From Candidatus Heimdallarchaeota archaeon (lineage in GTDB: Archaea; Asgardarchaeota; Heimdallarchaeia; Heimdallarchaeales; Heimdallarchaeaceae): DNA of 32,000 bases. The notes beneath the pieces are model-generated. The model saw only the letters and a list, made by a program, of their open reading frames with translations. It was not told where the DNA came from and did no database searches. The stretch spans positions 24,305 through 56,304 of the forward strand of contig DAOVER010000022.1 in NCBI GenBank assembly GCA_030668875.1, read 5' to 3'. Positions 1 through 9,219 of the stretch are shown here, piece after piece. A program made the position numbers and the translations under genes. The stretch's first letter is position 1. Each line of letters opens with the position of its first letter.

Positions 1-954
1 GAAGATGTTTCAGAAATAAAACAGAACAATCTTGCAACATTTGAGAAAAACGCAGAGGAAATGAAGAATCAGCTTGAATCTAATATCAATATAACCGAGA
101 ACATAATGAAAGAGTCTATAGAACATCTTCGCTCTGAATATGGTGATAAACTTACAGATAATATGGAATCAATTTTTGAGAGTTTTAATAGAATAAAAAG
201 TGAACTAAGGCAACTAGTAGAGAACGCTGTTAAGAGAATACAGACAGAATTATCTGGAATTTCAGGAACTATGGATAAATACCTTATTGATGAAATCGCA
301 AAGATTCAAGAGGTTTTAGCAGAATATGAACTAGGTATGATTGATGTTAATGAAGTTGCTCTTTCTAACTTCAATGAATCCAAAGCATCAATGATCAGTA
401 TGTATGAGCAATTAGTCAAACAACAAATAGAATCTCATGGAAACGAACTGAAAACCTTTCAAGAAAATTTCAATAAAAATGCTGATGACGAATTAGTTTC
501 ATTTTCCAAACAATCAGATGAAGTGAAAGAAGAAACTAAGAATATCATTACTGCTGAAAAAAATGATATTAAACAAAAGTTAACTGAAATTCAAACAACA
601 GTAACAGAGGATGCTGCTAAAACTAAGGAAAAAGCTGAATCAGAAATTCTCCAAAAAATTACGCTGCTAGAAGAAGAAATCGAGAGATTAAAGGCTTCAA
701 TCGGTCAAACGAGCTCTCAAATCACAACTCAACTTGAGGCTAATGAAAGAGAGAATTTAGCAAATATTACTTCACAATCTTCCAAGATCAAAAGTCAAAT
801 AGCAGAGACACAGCAATCCATAATGACGGATTTAGATGTAGAAGCTAAAGAGCATGTTAAAAAGGCAGAAGATGCTGAGAAAAGAAAGCGAGATTTGATA
901 AATAGAATTGAAAGATTAGAAAGGAGTATAGAATCTATCAAAAATGAACTTTAA
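1..954 (+). CDS. C-terminal part of a long coiled-coil protein (5'-truncated by the window edge)
   Basis: The frame is open from base 1 (EDVSEIKQNN...), so the ATG at 61 is probably internal. The visible 317 codons contain no Pro, Cys or Trp, are E/K/Q/S-rich and show an 11-residue hydrophobic repeat. The stop at 952-954 lies 3 nt before the next ORF. Confidence 0.85.
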   Translation, partial: EDVSEIKQNNLATFEKNAEEMKNQLESNINITENIMKESIEHLRSEYGDKLTDNMESIFESFNRIKSELRQLVENAVKRIQTELSGISGTMDKYLIDEIAKIQEVLAEYELGMIDVNEVALSNFNESKASMISMYEQLVKQQIESHGNELKTFQENFNKNADDELVSFSKQSDEVKEETKNIITAEKNDIKQKLTEIQTTVTEDAAKTKEKAESEILQKITLLEEEIERLKASIGQTSSQITTQLEANERENLANITSQSSKIKSQIAETQQSIMTDLDVEAKEHVKKAEDAEKRKRDLINRIERLERSIESIKNEL

Positions 955-957
955 AAT

Positions 958-3900
958 GTGATAAAAATGGAATCAACATTAGAAAAAATAGGCTTATCGC
1001 AAGATGAAATTCAAGTTTATTCAACAGTAGTTCAATTTGGAACTAGAACCATTGGACAGATCCAATCCTATTATAAACAGTCTGCTGAAATTATTTCTTC
1101 TGCTTTGGATAGTTTAGTTACTAAAGGATACATAAAAGAAATTAAAGCTAGAAACACTGAGGGGACATCATATTTTATCCCATTACCTCCGCAAATTAAG
1201 CTGACTGAAGATGTATCAATGAGGCTTGAAAATGAGCTCAAAGCTTTAAGTGATGATGTGAAGAATGATTGGAATAACACTATGAAGACCTTTCGAGGTC
1301 AATTATCTACATTTCATAACCAAATAACAGAATCAACTGACAATCATAGTCAAGAGCTAAGTGGTATTTCAAATCAATTTCTGGATTCTGTTTCTGAAGT
1401 AGTAACAACTGGCAAAAACGATATTCAAGAAGCAATTACAAAGATTAAAACAGATACGGGAACCATTTCCACTACACACAGTGACAATCTGAAGAAATCT
1501 ATACAAAGAATCCAAGATAATATCTCTTCAACTTTTGATACAACAATTCATCGAGTTGGGGAGCATCATGAGAATTTTAAGACAAAGATTCAAGAAACAT
1601 ACACAAATCTAGAAACCGAACATACTGCAAGAGCACAAGGACAACTCGATGGTATAATAGAAAAAGTTGAAGGTATAAAAATTAACGTAAATACACTTCT
1701 TGAGCAGTTTAATTCAAAAGCAGACGAGAAAAAATCTCTGATTGTTGAAAATACAAGTGAGGTTAACAAGAAACTCATCAGTGATTCTAAACTAATAACC
1801 AAGGAATCAACAACAAAATCGATAGAAACAATTAACAAAATAGTTAGTGATTATCAAACTAATTTAGACGAATATCAGACAAAAGTAAAAAGCATTCTAT
1901 CTTCGTTAAATGAAGAGTTAAAGAAGTTGGAAGACCTAACCTCTAATAGAATTAAAGATGCCATTGAAAAAGCAAAGGATTCAGCAATATCTGTTTTAGG
2001 ACAAAATGAAACACAATTCCAAGATCTTTTGAGCAAAATTAAGACCCTGTCAGTCGAGAAACTTGGTGAATTAATCTCTCAAACTGAAACTACAACATCT
2101 GATATGAAAAATAAGCTCGTTGGGAACTTGAATGATTACCTGAATGATTTCGAGAAAAATAGTGATAGTCTATTAACACTTCTTCAAGAAGGGATAAATA
2201 GTGGTTTAACCCTCTTTGAGGATACTCTATCCAAATCCATTGAGAATGTAAGTGATCAGATAAAGACCTTCTTTGGAGAAATTATGGCTGATTTTGATGC
2301 GTTGAAATTATCTATAAATGAAGATTTACAAAAAAGTCTCACCGATTTTGTGAATTTATCATCAAGTCAAAAAGAAGATATGAACAAGAAAATCAAGGAA
2401 TTAAATTCATCTTTATCAACTTCTATTCAAGAATCTATTCAACAAAGTAACACAAAACTGACTGATGTTGCAACAGAGATAAGTACAGAAGCAGATAAAG
2501 CTTTAGCTTCTATAAAGAAAAAGGAACAAGCATCTCTCAAGAAACTTGAGACTGATGTTTTGGCAAACCAAGAAATAATGGTGACATTCTTATCTAATAC
2601 AATATCAACATTTGAGTTATCTTCATCAGAATATGTTACTGATATATCTTCAACTATTGATAAATATTCCAAAAAAATGAATGAGAGCAAGAAGCAGTTT
2701 ACATCCACTCACAAAGAGTTCAAAGAAAATTTCCTTGCTCATCTTAACGAACTTAAAACAACTGCTTTATCAGATATTAAAGAGAATATTGATGATAATA
2801 CAAATACAGTAAACAATTTCATGGATACTAAAAATGAGGAAATTAAAACAAGAATTGTATCATTTTCAGAAGATTTTGCTAAGAAAGGTAGAGACGTTAG
2901 AGATGAAGTACCTAACTTAGTTCAAATTAATTATCAATCAAGCTTGGAAAGTGTTCAAGAACTGGATGATCAATTTAAAACCGCGGTTGCCAAACTGACT
3001 GAAATTAATGAAGCCTTCCAAGATCTAGATCAGAAGCAATTACAGAAGGTTTTTGGAAAAGAAGCTGGCCCCCGAATGGCTCATTTAATCGGAACCATGA
3101 GTGCTGATGTTAATAATTTGAAGTATAATACGGAAAGTAAAATTGACGAAGTTATTAAGACATTCACTAGCTCAATGGAGAGTCTTTCAACAGACATTTT
3201 CAACAAAATGAATAATCATATAGACGAACTCTCTCAATTATCTGATTCAGAAGTAAAAGATATTAGTCAAAAAATAGAAGAAGCCAAAGGTGAGATTACA
3301 AATCAACTTAAAGAATCACTCAATAGCATGAAGGAACACGTCACTACTATTTTCACTACCTATGAAACTAGTTTTGCTGAATTACAAGATACCAATACTA
3401 AAGCTCTTGGAAGTATTGTTGGTAATGAGGATGATTCAATAAACTCTTTGAAGAGTAAGGTTGAGGAAGCAACAACTAATTTAACAAATCATATAACAGA
3501 AATCACCGCACCTGAAAAGGTTCAAGGTTTATATCAAGGACACATTGATACAGTAACAAAGAACTCTAATTCATTTGTTTCAGAAGTAGCAAAATTAATT
3601 GTTAATGAAAAAGAGAAAATTGATACATCCAAGAATACAATTCTTCAAACAATGAATGATTCTGAACAGGAAATGAGTAAAAAATTAGCTGATACTTCAA
3701 AGGAATTAGAAAAAACAAATAAGCTAATTACAGATAACGCTACCAACTCTTTCAAAGCAATTATAAACAAAACTGGTAAATATCTAGATGGACTGATACA
3801 AGCAGGAGAGACGATTTCAGATGATGAGGAAGGAGGCGTTGAGAAAACAAAAATGCAATTACTCATTGAAGAAGGATTGCAAGGATTGCTTTCATCTAAA

Positions 3901-5382
3901 GAAGAGATTTTCAGCATAATGCGAGCGAACAATGATGAAGTCATGCTAAAACTACAAGAGACGATTAAAATAAATATTGATGAACACTCAGCGCTTGTAA
4001 CAAATGTATCTTCTTCGATGGACAATAACATGAAAATCCTCCAATCAGAGTTTGAGGGGGCAAAAACTGCTTTAGATACTGATGTGTCCGTTACTCTAGA
4101 TGAAGCTTCAGCAAGTTATGGTCAACAAACAAAAGTAGTGGGTGATGAAATCCAAAATGTTGTTGATCAAGAAGTACAAGCGTTCTTGGAGAATTCAGAA
4201 GGTTTGTTAGCAGATTTAAGCGTTTCACCTGAAAAAGCATCATCACTAGATAATGCAATTAATAAAGCAAAAACAGAACTCAATAAAATTACTGAAGCTT
4301 ACCCCGAGTGGTTAGATGTTGATAACACTAAATATGCATCAGATCTTAATTCAGCAATAAGTGATTATCATACTCATGCACAAACAATTTTAGATGAATT
4401 ATACGAAGAAACTAGAAAAGACCTGGAAAAAGTCTATGCGAACATTTCAAGTGAATATGATAAAAGTATAACTTCTGTTGAAGAAGCATTTGAGAAAGAA
4501 GGCAATGACTTCAAGTTGAATGTTAGTCATCAAATTAATTCGCTAGTATCAAATTCAGATTCCAATTCTTCAGCTTTAGTGACAAATATCCAAAGTACAA
4601 AAGATTCGTTACTTGATGCTTCATCTTCAGTTCATGAGATAGTAGATGTAGATCTTAAAGGAGTTGAGAAAGCTGTTGAAGATATCTTTGAGACATTCAA
4701 TGGAGTTATAGTTGATAAAATGGAAAAAGCTTTGGAAAATTCTAAAGCATCTAAATCAACCAAAGAAGAATATGCATCAAAACTGCAAACATTCAAAGAA
4801 GAATTCATCTCAAATTCATTAAAGGAAATAGATAACGTAGATGTGAATATCACAGGTATTCTAAAATCAATCCCATCAAAGATCGACATTGTTTTGGAAG
4901 CTACAGGAGAATCAATGAAATTACTTAGAAGTGTTCTCAATTTAGGTAAGGGTGTTGAACCTGCCCCTATTGAAGACATCTGGCTAGTACATGGAAGAGA
5001 ACAAACATTTTCCACGATGATGTCACTTCTAAGGAATACAAAATCTTCTGCTACTATTATCAGTCCTGCTTTGAGCTGGATTGATGCTGAATTCTTAGAT
5101 ACTTATGGAAGGAAACTAGAAATAGTAACCAATACTACAACACATACTGAAGCCGATAATACTATCTTAGATAAGTTACTAGGAATGGGGAATGTCATAG
5201 TGAAAGATGACCATCAATTGACTGCTTATATGGGCACAAGAGATGGTATTGAGGAAGGATTTCTAGGACATACTACAGCATCTGGAGAACCTGTTTTAAT
5301 CGTAACTTTCAATGAAGATCTGGTTAAAGAAATAACTAAAATCTTTTATGAATTCAGAAGTAAAAAACAAATCAGAAAATAG
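958..5382 (+). CDS. Giant coiled-coil protein with N-terminal TrmB-type winged HTH and C-terminal TrmB effector-binding/PLD-like domain
   Basis: The N-terminus LEKIGLSQDEIQVYSTVVQFG...ALDSLVTKGYIKE...YFIPLPP matches the TrmB HTH pattern. The C-terminus IWLVHGREQTFSTMMSLLRNTKSSATIISP...RDG...FNEDLVKEITKIF matches the TrmB C-terminal pattern. About 1250 aa of helical sequence lies between them. The real start is probably ATG 967 (GTGAT upstream). Confidence 0.75.
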   Translation: MIKMESTLEKIGLSQDEIQVYSTVVQFGTRTIGQIQSYYKQSAEIISSALDSLVTKGYIKEIKARNTEGTSYFIPLPPQIKLTEDVSMRLENELKALSDDVKNDWNNTMKTFRGQLSTFHNQITESTDNHSQELSGISNQFLDSVSEVVTTGKNDIQEAITKIKTDTGTISTTHSDNLKKSIQRIQDNISSTFDTTIHRVGEHHENFKTKIQETYTNLETEHTARAQGQLDGIIEKVEGIKINVNTLLEQFNSKADEKKSLIVENTSEVNKKLISDSKLITKESTTKSIETINKIVSDYQTNLDEYQTKVKSILSSLNEELKKLEDLTSNRIKDAIEKAKDSAISVLGQNETQFQDLLSKIKTLSVEKLGELISQTETTTSDMKNKLVGNLNDYLNDFEKNSDSLLTLLQEGINSGLTLFEDTLSKSIENVSDQIKTFFGEIMADFDALKLSINEDLQKSLTDFVNLSSSQKEDMNKKIKELNSSLSTSIQESIQQSNTKLTDVATEISTEADKALASIKKKEQASLKKLETDVLANQEIMVTFLSNTISTFELSSSEYVTDISSTIDKYSKKMNESKKQFTSTHKEFKENFLAHLNELKTTALSDIKENIDDNTNTVNNFMDTKNEEIKTRIVSFSEDFAKKGRDVRDEVPNLVQINYQSSLESVQELDDQFKTAVAKLTEINEAFQDLDQKQLQKVFGKEAGPRMAHLIGTMSADVNNLKYNTESKIDEVIKTFTSSMESLSTDIFNKMNNHIDELSQLSDSEVKDISQKIEEAKGEITNQLKESLNSMKEHVTTIFTTYETSFAELQDTNTKALGSIVGNEDDSINSLKSKVEEATTNLTNHITEITAPEKVQGLYQGHIDTVTKNSNSFVSEVAKLIVNEKEKIDTSKNTILQTMNDSEQEMSKKLADTSKELEKTNKLITDNATNSFKAIINKTGKYLDGLIQAGETISDDEEGGVEKTKMQLLIEEGLQGLLSSKEEIFSIMRANNDEVMLKLQETIKINIDEHSALVTNVSSSMDNNMKILQSEFEGAKTALDTDVSVTLDEASASYGQQTKVVGDEIQNVVDQEVQAFLENSEGLLADLSVSPEKASSLDNAINKAKTELNKITEAYPEWLDVDNTKYASDLNSAISDYHTHAQTILDELYEETRKDLEKVYANISSEYDKSITSVEEAFEKEGNDFKLNVSHQINSLVSNSDSNSSALVTNIQSTKDSLLDASSSVHEIVDVDLKGVEKAVEDIFETFNGVIVDKMEKALENSKASKSTKEEYASKLQTFKEEFISNSLKEIDNVDVNITGILKSIPSKIDIVLEATGESMKLLRSVLNLGKGVEPAPIEDIWLVHGREQTFSTMMSLLRNTKSSATIISPALSWIDAEFLDTYGRKLEIVTNTTTHTEADNTILDKLLGMGNVIVKDDHQLTAYMGTRDGIEEGFLGHTTASGEPVLIVTFNEDLVKEITKIFYEFRSKKQIRK

Positions 5383-5387
5383 TTAAC

Positions 5388-5410
5388 CTATTTTCATTTT
5401 TTTATTTTAG
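5388..5410 (+). terminator. T-rich archaeal-type terminator candidate
   Basis: cctattttcattttttttatttt-like T tract immediately after the stop at 5382. Confidence 0.45.
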
Positions 5411-5464
5411 CTTGCAGTAATCTGTAATCTTTTTATGTGAAGAGCCTTCAAGTTATGTAATAAG

Positions 5465-5839
5465 GTGCTAGTATTGTGGATAATGCAGCCATGTCCTTTA
5501 CACAAAGAAGTTGACAACGAAACCTACTGCATTCTGGATGACGAATTTGATGATGTTATACTAATTAACTTTTTACACCCATTAGATTTGCAAAAAATTG
5601 ACTTAAGTGAGTTTCAAAACCCATCATACTGCATTAATGCTGTGATAGCTGATGAAGAGGATTTTGTTTTCTGCCCTACAAAGAATAAAAGAATAAAGAT
5701 TGGAGATATGTCTATACCTCGCAAAATTTACATGAATGTGAGAGAAGTACTTCTATTTATGGATCCTGAAGCGCAAAGCTGTTCAGAATGTCTGTACAAA
5801 GCTTTAATTGCGATGAAAAAAAGTGTAGAAGGGTTGTAG
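5465..5839 (+). CDS. Small Cys-rich hypothetical protein, possibly metal-binding
   Basis: 124-codon ORF filling the gap up to the convergent GAPDH stop (4-nt gap). It has six Cys, including CPLH and CSEC. The start may be ATG 5483. Confidence 0.65.
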   Translation: MLVLWIMQPCPLHKEVDNETYCILDDEFDDVILINFLHPLDLQKIDLSEFQNPSYCINAVIADEEDFVFCPTKNKRIKIGDMSIPRKIYMNVREVLLFMDPEAQSCSECLYKALIAMKKSVEGL

Positions 5840-5843
5840 CTAA

Positions 5844-6851
5844 TTATTTACTAGCTACATAAAGAGCAAGATCTACCATTCTGTTTGAATAACCTGATTC
5901 ATTATCGTACCATGCGACAATTTTAACTTGATTTTTATGGCACATAGTTAAAGGTAAGTCCACTGTTGCTGATTGAGGTGCTCCATTGTAATCTATAGAA
6001 ACTAATGGTAAGCTAGAAACAGCTAAAATACCTTTTAGTTTACCTTTAGCAGCTTCTTTGAACATATTATTTATCTCATCAACAGATGTCTCTTTCTTCA
6101 ACGTGTAAATGGCATCAATTAAAGATACATTTGGAGTAGGAACACGAATGGAAATTGCTTGTAACTTACCGTCTAAATGTGGTAATACTATGCCTACTGC
6201 TGATGCAGCTCCTGTAGATGTAGGTATCATAGATAGAGTGGCTGATCTAGCTCTTCTCAAATCACTATGAGGAAGGTCAAGTAATCTCTGATCTGTGGTA
6301 TAAGAATGAATTGTGGTCATAAACCCTGATTCAACACCAAAATTATCATCCAGTAATTTGGTAATTGGTGCATAACAATTAGTTGTGCAACTTGCATTTG
6401 AAATCACCTTGTGTTCATCAGGATCAAACTGTTCTTCGTTTACACCAAGAACAAAAGTTGGTATAGGTTTAACCTTTCCTTTGTCTGGTGCAGAAATAAG
6501 AACATATTTTACTCCTCTCTCCATGTGCTTAGAAGCTAGTTCATATGTTCGGAAAATGCCTACACATTCAAAAACGATGTCGACTTTCCAATCATCCCAA
6601 GGAATATTCGCGGGGTCTCTTTCTTTTGAAATTGGTATTTCAACACCTTTAACAATAATTGAATTTTCAGTGTGGCTTACATCATGCGAGAAAATTTTGT
6701 GAACACTATCATACTTTAACAGATGCTGTAATGTGCCTGCATCTGTGATATCATTAATCCCTACAACTTCGATGTTTGGATTATCATAAGCGGCTCTAAA
6801 AATCCCTCTACCTATTCTTCCAAATCCATTGATTCCAACTCTTAAAACCAT
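5844..6851 (-). CDS. gap: Glyceraldehyde-3-phosphate dehydrogenase, class I (bacterial/eukaryotic type)
   Basis: GINGFGRIGR Rossmann motif, ASCTTNC catalytic motif, IPTSTGAA, RVPTPNVS, AWYDNE. ATG 6851 sits 5 nt after GGTGA (the track start GTG 6860 overlaps that motif). Confidence 0.97.
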   Translation of the reverse strand: MVLRVGINGFGRIGRGIFRAAYDNPNIEVVGINDITDAGTLQHLLKYDSVHKIFSHDVSHTENSIIVKGVEIPISKERDPANIPWDDWKVDIVFECVGIFRTYELASKHMERGVKYVLISAPDKGKVKPIPTFVLGVNEEQFDPDEHKVISNASCTTNCYAPITKLLDDNFGVESGFMTTIHSYTTDQRLLDLPHSDLRRARSATLSMIPTSTGAASAVGIVLPHLDGKLQAISIRVPTPNVSLIDAIYTLKKETSVDEINNMFKEAAKGKLKGILAVSSLPLVSIDYNGAPQSATVDLPLTMCHKNQVKIVAWYDNESGYSNRMVDLALYVASK

Positions 6852-6954
6852 ATTACTCACCAGTATTGAACTCTATTGTAAAAACTAGCATTTAAAATTT
6901 CCTACATCAATATGAGTGAGTAGTAAAAATAAAAGAAATAAAAGAAAAACATCC

Positions 6955-8049
6955 CTATTTTTCTTGTGTAATCTGTTTTTCTTCTTGCTTCTTCTTTTTT
7001 GCTTCAAGTCTTTGTTGTTTCTTTTCTTTTCTTCTCTTCTTATTTTCTTCGTATTCTTCATCAGACATAGTAGAAACACCATGAACAAAAGAGAAGAACC
7101 ATGTTGAGAATACACCTATTAATAGGAAAAGTATCAATGAAGCGAACAATGCATATCTCATAACATCTAACCCATCCCAACCATTAACTAGATCCCCATC
7201 TCTGTATAGGAAATACTTACTTATACCAAGATATAAGGAGAAAATAGAAAATAGTAGAGTAAGAATTGACTGGATAAGAACATTGAGCCAGAAGAATTTT
7301 TTAGTTCTGTTTTCAATATACCTTTGACCAACCAAATGCTTCAAAACGAACTCTTCACGCAAATAATCATGGAAACGTTTTGGTAGTATAAAGACTTTCT
7401 TGAGAGCTTGTTTAATCCTTTCGAATAAGGTTGATCTTTTAGCGAAGTTGTAAATGAGGATTCCCAATCCTGATAAAATGATTAAAGCACCTAGTAGAAC
7501 AACCGCTGTTATCCAATCGTGACCAGTTAAAGCTGAGGTTATTGGAACAATAATCAATTCATAAAAGAAATCCATAAAAATTACTTGAAGTAACCACCAA
7601 ATTCCTTCACCAATTACGACAAATATTTGACCTATTGCTGCCCAGAATTGATCATTGAGGAATAAATCAATTATGTCGTCAAACACTTGAAAATAAAACA
7701 GTAAGAAAACCACTGCAATACTCAAACTCATCGAAAAGAATAGAGTTGGTATTAGGGAAAGGAAGTTTTTATCTTCTTCAGTTAGGGATTGTTCATTACG
7801 GACTCGCAGGAATTTTATTGTCCTTACAATTAGAACTCCTGTGTACCAGAATGGGAATAATACGTACTTGAAGAAGCCTTTAATTACCTTCCAAACACCT
7901 TTAAAGAATATTTTAACCCCATTCCAGATTTTTTCCCCAACTACATTATCTCCGGAAGCTCTTTTTCTTGCTCTTTCTTTCTTCTTGAGCTCCCTTTTCT
8001 CCTTTCTCGCCTTTTTTCTTTCTTCTTTTGTTACGTTAGGTTTAGGCAT
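6955..8049 (-). CDS. Multi-pass membrane protein with Lys/Arg/Glu-rich termini, function unknown
   Basis: 364-aa ORF with about 6 hydrophobic segments and highly charged N- and C-terminal tails. Confidence 0.8.
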   Translation of the reverse strand: MPKPNVTKEERKKARKEKRELKKKERARKRASGDNVVGEKIWNGVKIFFKGVWKVIKGFFKYVLFPFWYTGVLIVRTIKFLRVRNEQSLTEEDKNFLSLIPTLFFSMSLSIAVVFLLFYFQVFDDIIDLFLNDQFWAAIGQIFVVIGEGIWWLLQVIFMDFFYELIIVPITSALTGHDWITAVVLLGALIILSGLGILIYNFAKRSTLFERIKQALKKVFILPKRFHDYLREEFVLKHLVGQRYIENRTKKFFWLNVLIQSILTLLFSIFSLYLGISKYFLYRDGDLVNGWDGLDVMRYALFASLILFLLIGVFSTWFFSFVHGVSTMSDEEYEENKKRRKEKKQQRLEAKKKKQEEKQITQEK

Positions 8050-8150
8050 ACAAGAGAATTATGTTGGTATCTCTTAAATATTTTTGCTATAATCGTTGAA
8101 TAGAAAGATTTTATAGAAGTTTTGTACTTTAGATATTTGAGAAGATTATT

Positions 8151-9143
8151 GTGCAGACAAAGAATAAAATAATTGTAGGGTTCACATTCGCAATTTTACT
8201 TGTATCGCTATCATTAAACAATAACTATACAACAGCTGAGTTTGAATTAGGTGAGCTCGAAGATCTTTCAGATTGGTTCGTATCTTCGACCGTGGTGAAT
8301 TTTAACGAAGATTTCAAGACCAACTTATTGTTCTCTTTTGTGAATGAGAGTTTAGGTTTAGAAATAACTCCTTATTTAACACTTCAATCTCAAATTAACG
8401 TTCCTCTGAATTTTACTGGATATTTAAGCAAGGAAATCACTGATGACATTTCAACCTATGGTATTCAAATAGGTAGTAGTGTTGGTAATGTGTCAATGGG
8501 TCTTAACGGTTCAATAGATCTTACAACATCTATAACAGATGAAATACATGAAATCCATATATCTATTGAGGAAGGTTCTGCAGTGTCTTTTGCTAACTTT
8601 GAAACTATAATTGGAGAAAATATAACCGTTCCTATCAACTTCTCACCAATAGTATTAAACTTTAATGTGCCAGAAGTAGGAGGAGCATCCCTATCTTTGG
8701 AACCAATTGCTTATCTTAATGGATCGATCAGTTTATCATCTCTAATAAATGGACAAGAATTAAACTGGATAAAAGGAAATGAAATATATTTCAATGAACT
8801 CTCAATTACAGAAGATATAGGCATGTATAATATTTCGATTGAAGATATCTCGATAAATTTTGAAGATGTCCATTTAGTAACAAATGGTATGAATGTCATA
8901 CTTACACTGCATTCAATACTTGGCGATATCTCAGAAGATTTCTTCATCGATATGTCAACTGTTGATTGGGGAGAAGCACAAGAAACCTTAGATTTCTTCA
9001 TTATATTCTTGTTAAACAATGTTTTTGATTTAGATGATCAAGAAATAATGATTGGAATTGATAGAGCTTCATATCCCTGGTTCAGTATAATACCAATTCT
9101 TGCTTTAACAGCTATCATAGTTTATCGAAAGAAAAGAAGATAG
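8151..9143 (+). CDS. Secreted/surface protein with signal peptide and C-terminal TM anchor plus basic tail
   Basis: N-terminus KNKIIVGFTFAILLVSLSL, acidic beta-rich body, C-terminus YPWFSIIPILALTAIIVYRKKRR. Confidence 0.8.
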   Translation: MQTKNKIIVGFTFAILLVSLSLNNNYTTAEFELGELEDLSDWFVSSTVVNFNEDFKTNLLFSFVNESLGLEITPYLTLQSQINVPLNFTGYLSKEITDDISTYGIQIGSSVGNVSMGLNGSIDLTTSITDEIHEIHISIEEGSAVSFANFETIIGENITVPINFSPIVLNFNVPEVGGASLSLEPIAYLNGSISLSSLINGQELNWIKGNEIYFNELSITEDIGMYNISIEDISINFEDVHLVTNGMNVILTLHSILGDISEDFFIDMSTVDWGEAQETLDFFIIFLLNNVFDLDDQEIMIGIDRASYPWFSIIPILALTAIIVYRKKRR

Positions 9144-9219
9144 CTTTAACTTTTATCTTTCCATCTATAATTTTAAAAATCCACCTTTATAGGATTGCTT
9201 AGAGTTATAGGTGATACTT

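Noticed and set aside
958-5382. SMC/Rad50 or chemoreceptor annotation for the giant coil
   Set aside because: No Walker A/B or LSGG motif at the termini, no CxxC hook, and no TM segments or MCP hairpin signature.
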